Origin: Spizellomyces punctatus DAOM BR117
Lineage: Eukaryota
Reading direction: 5' to 3' (one strand)
Length of the DNA stretch: 64,000 bases
NCBI GenBank assembly: GCA_000182565.2
Contig: KQ257459.1
Within the stretch, counting starts at the first letter, position 1, and every line of letters begins with the position of its first letter. A program made the position numbers and the translations under genes. The notes beneath the pieces were generated by a model. That model had not been told where the DNA came from. It worked only from the letters and a program-made list of their open reading frames with translations, and ran no database searches. Of the stretch, positions 41,839-53,000 are shown one piece after another.

Positions 41839-43154
41839 TCAATACACCTCGACAGCCAAACACGCAGCCTGATGACCACCCGCCGCTATTTGTATTACAA
41901 ACCAATCGGTATTCGAGAATGGTAGGAGTTCGCATGAGCTTTCTGAGCATCCTAGGGCAGGCCCCGATTGTGGAAATGCGTTTTTCAAAGCTATTGAAGA
42001 AGGTCACAATTGGCCAACACACTGAATGATAAAAATGATATACCTGTGCATCCCTCTCCCCATTTATAGACTTTTCCATTTTTGGTCAGACACAAACTAT
42101 GCCAATCTCCAAACGCTATCTGCCGAATGGCGTTGTGTGGATTAGATCCATCCGGCAATGTCAAGCCGAAAATGTTTGATCTGTCTTTGCACCAGATTGG
42201 AACGACTGGCTTGGTACTTGACTGTTTCGGTGGCATGTTAGAACGCCTAACATCTTGACCAAAAGCTGCATAATGGCGAAAAAACGAAGACAGCTTTGTG
42301 AAGCGTAATCCTGATAAATCTGGGACAATTAATGCCTCATCGGCGTTTGGGCTCCACTTGTACACGTCCCCATGGCGCGTAAGAGCTACACAGAAATCCT
42401 CACCACCTCCCATTTCGACGTATGGGTTGTCCATAGAGGGCGGAGAAATCGTCTTGTATTGCTGATTCCTGGCATTTTCGGTAGGAAAGACGTAGATCGT
42501 ACCGGAGCGGGACATGGCGAGTCCGTGGGCCCATCCTGCAGTGACTTTGACGATATCCTTGTCACGAAGCCCTTCATGTTCCCATACCGCTTCCACACTA
42601 GAAAAGACAAAGACGCGTTTACGGCCCAAACCGTCTGGGTCTTCTGTCAAGGCGACACCAAAAGTCCTTCCTCCAGTGACATCGAGCACTCTGGGTAGAC
42701 GCGAGCTAGAATTTGCAACTTGCACCGGTTGTAGATAACTCCTACTTCTATTGTCGCCCCATGTTTCACCGTTCATTTGACCCCAAAACCAGATTTCGCC
42801 GGTCACCGTAGAAGCAAGTCTTCCCCATCCGGTGCAAACGACTTTGACCAAATTCTTGCCAGCAAACCTTCCATAATCGATAGGGTAGGTATTACTATCC
42901 CACTCAAACAATTTCGGACTCTTTAGGCGCCCATAGAGCGCTCGCCAGCTGGTTACTTCCCGCTGGGCGATAGATTGCAGACCGTAATCTTCAATGCACT
43001 TGTGCTTCCAAAGACCCTCATCATAGCCCAAGTCACGAAAGTACCGGTTTGTTTGGCAGACGTTCACCAAATAACATGCTGGAAGATGCCGAAGGATAAT
43101 GAGCAGACATTCTTCCGGTTGCGTATCAAGTCGTTTGGATAGGGGGGGTGTCAT
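41839..43154 (-). CDS. F-box + RCC1-like repeat protein (SAF1/Pof9-like)
   Basis: N-terminal F-box PEECLLIILRHLP...VCQTNRYFR...LWK; RCC1-type repeats AGWAHGLAMS, GGEDFCVALT, FGDWHSLCLT; last exon IQIAAGGHQAACLAVEVY*. Confidence 0.85.
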
Positions 43155-43516
43155 GCTTGGTGTGAACCCTCCGCTCCAGTTTCACAGCCTTCGCGGTGTG
43201 ATTATGCAAGCATTTCGTAATCCTAGTCAGACTCTTCAGCAGATCCGCCATCTTTTCCGAGACCTTAGAGGCCAGCACAACACTGTAATCTGGCAGCAAC
43301 TGACCGCAAGTCCTTTAATATTGCTATCGACTTCCGTTTTATGTGGCAGCGGTTCGCTGGTTGCCGATTACTGGTTGCTGAAGCTTTAAAAAGTGTCGTG
43401 CCAGGCTCCGCAGACGAGGCCAAACGACATTGTTCCAACGCATCTCCAGCGAGATCTTGTTGAAGTAAAGGTTCAATGGTTATCGTGACTACTAAATTGC
43501 CCAAAGTTCGTTCTCA

Positions 43517-43555
43517 TCGTCCTCGTCCAATTCGTCCAATTCGTCCAATTCGTCC
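43517..43555. repeat. Short tandem repeat, 9-bp unit TCGTCCAAT (about 3.5 copies)
   Basis: tcgtcc tcgtccaat tcgtccaat tcgtccaat tcgtcc read directly. Confidence 0.9.
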
Positions 43556-43592
43556 TCTGTGTGTTTAATAATTCCTGCCTATAAGTTGGCAG

Positions 43593-43608
43593 TGACTCAT
43601 GTGACTCA
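43593..43608 (+). promoter_or_regulatory. Tandem TGACTCA Gcn4/CpcA-type response elements upstream of ILV1
   Basis: gTGACTCAtgTGACTCAt about 50-60 bp before the ATG of an amino-acid biosynthesis gene. Confidence 0.7.
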
Positions 43609-43655
43609 TATTCTGTATTTTTATCTTGTGAAGATCTTGAGGGTCGCTCCGCACC

Positions 43656-45822
43656 ATGGCCCAATTTGACGCTAGCAATCACCTTGCTGACGCAGGGAAC
43701 ATGGCTTCACAAAGCACGTCGTCAACACAAACATCTCACAGCGGCGGGGCCTCGGCGGACACTGTTTCAACGACGACACAGACTACAAGCCATGTCCAGC
43801 ACTCTGTAGCAACGGGCACCGTTCACACGGACACGACTGAAAGTGGAACGGATCCATTCACTCGTGCAGTCAGAGATGCGGGCGTCATGGTGGGAGCTGT
43901 AGAGGGACTTGGTTTGGCAGTGTCTGGTGGGTCCCCCGAAGTTGCGTCTGTTGTGGATTCAACAAGCAACAAGCCCACACACGGGAAGCAGCAAAGTTTA
44001 AGTCTCCCAGCGGTTCCACTTGCTCAGTACGATGAAGATATCGATTCCCCCAATGCATCGTCCATATTTCCCAACCCTCATGCCGGCAAACCGGACAACA
44101 CACCAACTGCTGCAGCAAACTTCCAACTCCCCGATTATGTCCGCTTAATTCTGACCGCTCAAGTGTACGACGTCGCCATGGAATCCCCACTTCAAAAGGC
44201 ACACAACCTATCAACGCGCATTGGAAATACGGTGCTTCTTAAGCGAGAAGATCTGCAACCTGTATTTTCCTTCAAGTTGCGGGGGGCGTATAATCGCATG
44301 CATCAGCTCTCAGAGGAGGAAAAACAGAAGGGAGTCATCGCATGCTCAGCTGGCAACCATGCACAAGGTGTTGCTCTAGCAGCTCAAAAGATGGGTATTC
44401 AGGCAACTATCGTTATGCCAACAGTAACTCCTCCGATCAAGTGGAGAAATGTCCAAAGACTTGGTGCGCAAGTGGTATTGCACGGGAACGACTTTGATGA
44501 AGCAAAAGCAGAATGTGCGAGGCTTGCCAAGGTACTGTGGATTATTCATTTTGTAGAATTCCACATTTTCTCAAGTCCCAAGTGACTAGGAACGCGGATA
44601 TATCAATATACCCCCATACGATGATCCATACGTCATTGCAGGGCAGGGAACGGTCGGTTTGGAAATAATGAGGCAATCTGGACCAAAAATTGACGCGATA
44701 TTTATTTGTATCGGTGGTGGAGGACTGGCAGCCGGTGTTGCATCTTACGTTAAAAGGATCTTTCCCCATGTGAAGATCATAGGGGTTGAGACGCATGATG
44801 CAGCGGCGATGACACGTTCCTTGAAGGCTGGCGAACGTGTTATGCTATCGCAGGTCGGCTTATTCGCGGATGGTGCGGCCGTGAAAGTCGTTGGGGAAGA
44901 AACGTTCCGGGTCTGCAAGGAGTTGGTGGACGAAACTGTACTGGTCTCTACGGATGAAATCTGCGCAGGAATCAAGGATGTCTTTGAGGACACCAGGAGT
45001 GTTGTAGAACCGGCTGGAGCACTCGGTCTGGCGGGGGTGAAGAAATATGTCCAGGAGAAAGGATGCAAGGGCATGACATTTGTTGCCGTGACCAGTGGGG
45101 CGAATATGAATTTTGATCGACTGAGATTCGTCGCAGAACGAGCGGAGCTTGGTGAGAACAGGGAAGCTTTGATTACGGTTATTATTCCAGAGCGACCTGG
45201 CAGGTATGACTACGGATTTCCGGTTCGTGTTAGCTATAAGTCGGTCGTATCTTACGATCTTTGCTGTCAAAGCTTCATGGATCTGTACAAAGCAATCTCA
45301 CCACGAGCTGTATCCGAGTTCTCCTACCGGTATGGCGATCCCTCGGAAGCACACATTTTCATGTCGTTTGTGGTAAACGACAGGGAAAAGGAATTGGGAG
45401 AGATTTTCAAAGAGCTGGATAGCAAAGGGATGCGTGCCATGGATGCTAGTCGGAATGAGATGGCCAAAGCCCACGCTCGATACCTGGTTGGGGGAAGAAA
45501 AGAGGTCGCGAATGAGAGACTTTTCCGATTTTCCTTCCCCGAGCGACCGGGCGCTCTCAGCCATTTCCTGTCTACGCTTCGCCATCCTCTATGGAACGGT
45601 TAGTGAAAGTCAAAGTCGCTCGTTTGATGTTTGTGTTCTGATCTGTCAATTGTAGTATCCTTATTCCATTACCGCAATTATGGCGGCGACGTCTCGAGGG
45701 TATTGGCAGGCGTCCAAGTGCCACCAGAGACAACACACGAGTTTGAAAAGTTTTTAAAGGACCTGAGATATCCATATGTAGAAGAGACAGACAATTTGGT
45801 ATATCAGCAATTCTTGCGATAG
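43656..45822 (+). CDS. ILV1: Biosynthetic threonine dehydratase (ILV1/IlvA) with ACT-like regulatory domains
   Basis: [19 protein letters not shown] (PLP lysine), [38 protein letters not shown] twice, [11 protein letters not shown]. Confidence 0.97.
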
Positions 45823-45955
45823 TTTTTTTGCGAGCACTGTAGAATCATATTTTGTATAACTTATTCAAAAAACCCTTGGTATCACGTGTGTGTAGCCCCA
45901 ATGTTAGCGCGCAATTCAAACCATCTTGCACCCATCTGCAGCGTTTTGCATCATC

Positions 45956-47400
45956 ATGAGGTACATTAAGACTCCTGTTAGACTCTGTCGCAGTCAGTCG
46001 GGACTCTGGCTCGCACGGTTCTACACGACCGAGAGCAATCCCACCAAGAAGGTTGTTGTAATTGGAGGAACAGGGTTGGTATTTTGGAAGACTCGAGTGG
46101 TTCCTTGGACTGATATATATAGTGTTTACATGCTTTTGTTTCAGGTTTATAGGCCCATATATTGCCAGATCTGTTCTTCAAGACTCACCTTCTGCCACCG
46201 TTCAACTGGCATGCCGCTCGCCGCGCGATCATCCTCAAGTTTCTAGCAGCCACGGTGGTCGGCTCCTACCTTCGATCGCCGCAGATGTTACCGATTCCCA
46301 GTCCGTTCGTGAAGCATGTCGCGGAGCATCAGCTGTCGTCAACTTGGTGGGAATCATGCACGAGCGGAGACCACGGTACACATTTGATGCAGTGCAGAAC
46401 GAAGGGGCGCGGGTGATTGCTCAGGCAGCCAAAGATAGTGGAGCCAAGCTGGTGCACGTGAGTGCCATCGGAGCTGATGTGGAGTCGGAGGTACCTTATG
46501 CAAGGACGAAAGGTGCGTCTTTGTGCGGTCAAAAACACCCACGATTGGATTAAGAATGGATACGATATTGGTTCTTAGGACTAGGAGAACAGGCGGTTCT
46601 TGATGTTCACCCCGACGCGTCGGTCGTCCGTCCTAGCCTAGTATTCGGAAAAGAAGATGATTTCTTCAACGTAAGAAAAGATGTGCTGCAAACACTTCTT
46701 TACCCGCGCAATCCGCGAAGTCTACATCGGTTGCATCTCACCATAGACTGGTGTCAAAACCTAGCGCTTTGCCAAACTCGCAAGAATACTTCCTTTTGTT
46801 CCTGTTTTTGGAGGGGGACATACAAAATTTCAACCAGGTATGCTTCTAATGTTCGGAGAGATATGTTATGATCTAGCCCTGCTGATTCCAACTACCCAGT
46901 CTACGTGGAAGACCTCGCCCGCGCCATAACACAGTGCATTGCGACTGACAAGGTCAACGGGAAAATAGTTGAAGTAGGCGGACCACATGGTAACGTGTCT
47001 TTTCATGGTAACGACAAGACGGTAAAGCTGAGCGTAACGTTCAGTGTATGAATACAGGGACCTTATGCAGCTTATGTTGGATCAGGCTGGGATACGGCGC
47101 CCGATCATATCCGTTCCATGGGTACGTGTGCCAAACGTTGAGTTTTTACTGATGCGTTTATCGACATAACCTCCCAATATTAGATCGTCGGTTATATCCA
47201 AGGATTTTTTCTGGAGCGCCTACCAGAGAACTTGTTCACTCTCACCCGTGATCAGGTCAAGCTTTTGCAGCGAGACAACGTGGTGTCAGGAAGTCATATG
47301 ACGCTCGCGGATCTTGGCGTGTCACCGACTCCGGCGGAAGATGTACTGCATAGATATCTGAGGCGTACGCGTTCCGGAACCGGTGTACGTCCACCTACTC
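45956..47400 (+). CDS. NDUFA9/Coq11-like atypical SDR with mitochondrial presequence; N-terminal module of a predicted fusion with pantothenate synthetase
   Basis: Presequence-like MRYIKTPVRLCRSQSGLWLARFYTT; GGTGFIG; VVNLVGI; HVSAIGA; YARTK; RPSLVFGKEDDFFNRFA; FQPVYVEDLA; seven exons traced. Confidence 0.9.
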
Positions 47401-47458
47401 GTGAGTTTGTCTCTGCTATGCACCGTAACACTCTACCTGCTGATACATGGTCCTCCAG

Positions 47459-48399
47459 CCGCAAGCACCCACTCGCGCTCATACTTCACCAGCACCCGTA
47501 AACCGCGCATCGTTGAGACGATTGCCGAATATCGCGCTCTACGGCATCAATGGCAGCGACAAGATCTCAGTGTTGGCTTTGTGCCCACCATGGGAGCACT
47601 CCATGACGGTCACGTAAGCCTAGCCCGCACTGCAAGGAAAACCTGCGATATCGTTGTTGTGAGTATATTCGTTAACCCAGCTCAGTTTGCTCCCCACGAG
47701 GATCTGGGGAAGTACCCACGCACCATGGAGCAAGATGTTGCAATGTTGACGGAGGTCGGTGTGGACGTAATCTTTCTTCCCAACGTCAAGGAAATGTATC
47801 CCGCTGGCATCGTTTTGGACGTCAAGGATCAACAAGGCACATTTGTTGAAGTGAAGGGAAAATCCCACCAAATGGAGGGGTCTATACGTCCGCACTTTTT
47901 TCGGGGAGTCGCAACCGTTGTAACCAAGTTTCTGAACATTATGCAACCCACAAAAGCATTCTTCGGGCAAAAGGACGCACAGCAATGTGCGGTTGTACGC
48001 ACGATGGTTCGCGACTTATTCATTCCCACCGAAATAGTAGTCGGTGAGACCGTGCGGGAGCCAGATGGGTTGGCGATGAGTAGCAGGAACAGATATTTGT
48101 CGCCAGAAGAGAGAGCTATTGCCCCAGTGCTGTACAAGGCTTTATCTGCCGGCCAAAGAGCCTTCAATGAAGGAACGGCAAAGAGCCGCGACGAGCTGAT
48201 ACAAATTGCAAAAGCTATCATTGACGTACAACATGGTGCGGAATTGGAGTATTTAAGTGTTGCAAATCCCTTTTCTTTGGCGGAGGAGGAGCAAGTTGGG
48301 TCCGAGGGTGCGATATTTTCCGGCGCTGTTAGGGTGGGTAAAACGAGGATCATTGACAACGTCCTTTTGGGTATATCAACCGAGACTTGGGTCAAGTGA
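47459..48399 (+). CDS. PAN6: Pantoate-beta-alanine ligase (pantothenate synthetase, PAN6/PanC), last exon of the predicted fusion gene
   Basis: GFVPTMGALHDGH, FVNPAQF, RPHFFRGVATVV, FGQKDAQQ, REPDGLAMSSRN, TRIIDNV; no in-frame ATG upstream of the conserved core. Confidence 0.95.
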
Positions 48400-48697
48400 A
48401 AGCGAGCTCTGTTTTTCCTCTGACGCAGATTTCTTTGAGGTACTCTTTGTATGATGCTCAATGGTGCCTGTCATGTCAAGGACACCTGCAATAACTCAAG
48501 TGTGTACTGCCTTCTATAACTGAGAGCAGATCCACTATTTAGAACCTCGTTCCCCCTAAGGGAGGAGCCCAGGCTTATGCATCGCAGATTGTTTCTATTG
48601 TACGCTAGCTTTCCATTTGATCACGAAACCAGTTTCATAAGATATAAGATATATTCGCCCAGCTCAATTCCACTTTAAGGACAGTTATACAATTACA

Positions 48698-49603
<906 letters not shown>

Positions 49604-50082
49604 TATGACTGACTGCGGGGATAATGGACGGATTTGTAAAAAAGCACAAGTCTAGAGTGCAGCAAGATGAAATCGGGGTAGTATCTAGGCAAATCGGTCT
49701 TATTGACGGATACTAATGAGCAGGGAAACGCCAACGGAGCAGGGGGAAATGGGGTCGATGTCGATGGGTTGAAAGGAAAACCAACCTGCTCTCGATCATG
49801 ACCAAAGGTCGGAAGGTCACATTGGAATGCATTAAATGCACATGTCCGAATCGACGGACGGATGGATTGCTTAATTGAATCCGTTGCTATGCGCGGTCGT
49901 CAGGTCGCCTCCGACACAAGTCGAATCACGTGCTTGGGTTCGCGTCGGCGCTGCTCGCTCGTTGTTGTCACTGGAGGTTTGCCATCCGAGCGGGTCGTCC
50001 GCCGAAGCTTTCCCTGCCTCCCACGCTTCCTCGATCCGGGATATCTCTTGGCTAGCCGTACTTTGAATAGTTTTGCCTCCAT

Positions 50083-53000
50083 ATGAACCAATGGGGAGAT
50101 AACTTGGACTCCCACAAAGAATTGCACATGAGCGACCTGGGAAGCATAGAAGACCATTTTGACAGTTTGCAACAAGGCGGTCAGGACTCAAATGCGCATC
50201 ACACTCGATTGAACGGTACTACTCAGATAGGGGGAATAGGGACTGTGTCAGAGGATCCCTCTGGTTGGAGACCGTTTGGACTGGGGTTCAAAATTCCGGC
50301 GTGGGGACGGAGGAGCACAACGAATTCGAACTTGAGTCGAAGCAACAGTGAGAGTCGATTGTCTGTGGCAAGCTCCACAGGGAGCAATGGAGATCTTAAG
50401 GGGGAGTTGGGCAGGACTTCGGATAAGAGAAGCTCGCATCTCAGACATGAGGTCGGAACTCGAGAAAATGCCGATGGGTATGTGAAACTTTAAGACGATG
50501 GCGTAGTGCACCTCCATCTTTTTCAACGTGTGGAGTAGACTCAGACTCGTTCTTTCTGCTAGCTTGTCTTTGATTGAAGACTCGGAGCATCACGGTGAGT
50601 ATCGACGACATCGATGCAGCGGAAAAGGCGTTCTTGTTTGACTTTGGACAAATGTCAGATATTCGAACATTGTCAGAACTGACCGCGCGGTTTGCAAGGT
50701 ATGCATTTTTGGAGAGCCGTCGTCAGAGTGTATGGCTTATCACTTTCTGCAGCTTGATCATTCCGGGTGACATCGCAGATGCCGATCAACAAGTGCTACA
50801 GACTAGAATTGAGGAACTTCAAACATTACAGCAAGATGTCCTGGCGCATATTGATACAAATGATCTTGAAACAGACGAAAAGGCTCGAACACTACTGGAA
50901 GCCATCGTGGAGGAGATCGGCGTATATGGAGAATTTTTGGAATCGAGTGGTATGGTCTCATCAGGTGCGCACGCACGCGTATTGTACTCATCCGAGAAAT
51001 GCAGAGAGTGCATCTGGTCTCGGCATTTTGGCGAAGAACGGGGAAGAAACAGATGATGTCATCAGCTATGGGAGCTCCGCACAGACCCCCGATGATATGC
51101 GATCCTCTGGTTCACAGACATTCGAAGTACGTAAAATGCAAAACATATTATGGTATTAGTACTTAGGCTGCAGTATCGCTTATCGTACTACCCTATAATT
51201 CTAGGATAGTACATCGGATGCTTGTTCTGATGTTAGTGGTTTGGCAAGTCCTCCTGTACAATCCCCAGCTACCCAACCACCTCGCCCGTTATCACATTTC
51301 CGACGAATTTCAACCTCCACAGTTGCCTCTGGTGCATCTTTATCATCTTCCACAATCCCCTCCACTGCAGCCATGTCAGCAAGTAATCTAAGTGTGCTTG
51401 CTGGGCAGACGGTTCCACCTGGACCAAAGGATGTTCTGCGATGGACTTCGTTGCAAAAGTTATCGATGCAACTCATGTCAGGTGCCATGAGGCAAAAAGT
51501 TGGCGTTCCAACCGTCTTGTCTATTTCAGGAGGTATCCTGATTGGCACATCCTGGTCGATGATTCTTGTTTACGACTTTGCGCAAGTCTTGAAGACGATT
51601 CTTGGGGATCCTGCCGATGGTGAATAATGTACCGATGCGGACATTAGAATGTCGGCGTACGGCTGACTCCATTTTCATTTTAACGTAGCAAGTAATCCAG
51701 GGCCCGTAACAGCCGTTGCTCTTGCACCGGATCATAATCAGCTGGCTTGTGGTTACGCACACGGATTAATTCGTGTATGGGACATTCAGAGACGTGCAAT
51801 CGTCAAGTCTATCATTCCTATTGGCGTCCAGCAAGAGGCGAAATCGAAGAAAGATGGACATGCACAAGGTGCGGCCATCATTCACCTTGCTTTCATCGGA
51901 ACCAAAGGAGCGTTCGTATCGGGTGACAACCAGGTTTGGCAATACCCACTTTGGGTTGCTTTTGTTGGCATACAGCGTGTGACTGGAATATTGTATCAAC
52001 CTGCAGGGCTCCGCTTTCTACCATGCATCATCGAAGGGACTCGTCATGAGCACTCAAGTATCCACACGTATTCACCCGAGCAGCTCCAACCCAGCCGTAT
52101 CGACAACCCTCTATGCATTGTCTGCCCTCCCCCGTGTGTCAGGTCATTTACGATACCCAGGCGATCATTTGGACCTGATAGCCCTCAGCACTCCGTACAA
52201 GGTACATGCCCTGTTTCTCACCCTGCCCTCCATGAATGAAAAAACGTGGCCTAACTTGATGAATAGATGGCCATCATCAGTTTGAAGCCGGCACCGCAAA
52301 CGCAGTTCAGATTGTCATGGACGCGAGGATCTACCGTCACCAACCCGTCTGCGCTCGCATGCTCGATTTCGTGTCTCGCATGGTGTCCTCCGTCTAAGCA
52401 GGATAAACATGGTGGGTGGAATAAATGCCTGACTCGGTATGGTGACTTTACCATCGTCGATGACTCTGAAACTTACCCAGGATTACGCTCATCACATTCC
52501 GTATGTCCGGAATTTCATATAATCAGGAAAGATTCCAGTCCTCAGCAATCCCCTGCTCGCTTGTTCGTTCGGCAAACAGCTACGAATCATTCGCGTATCC
52601 TGGGTATCTACCGCAAAGCGGAGCAAGCGAGACTCGGTCAACGTACAGTCGAACGCAGTGGACTACTCCGTCCAAGGAAGCTGGGTCGCAAATGATGATA
52701 TAGTTGCTCTCCAGTGGATGGACGATAAGGTAGATTGTTGTCACCAATCGTCCCTTATGGATCCATGAGACGCTAACTGATTGGTATCGTAGCTACTGTT
52801 ATGTCTAACTAGTCTGCAAGAGCTAATCCTTTTCGACGCTACAATCATGAGAGAGATAGAGCGATCTGATGTCAGCATGCGACAGATCATCTCCTCAGAT
52901 TACTATACGCGTAGTTTACAATCGTTGCGCGTGACACCAGCAATGGCATACCATCAAAGCATTCGTTCATATAAAGGAAGATTGTTTGTTTTGGTAAGGC

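Noticed and set aside
43517-43555. Repeat array as CRISPR or coding repeat (NWT)n
   Set aside because: Spacer-less 9-bp microsatellite in a eukaryotic promoter
47383-47458. Hydrophobic signal peptide on pantothenate synthetase in the ORF track
   Set aside because: It starts at GTG, not ATG, and is mostly translated intron sequence
40946-48461. Long antisense ORFs (for example 40946-41404, 44860-45270, 47829-48461)
   Set aside because: Shadows of well-conserved sense-strand genes with no recognisable motifs
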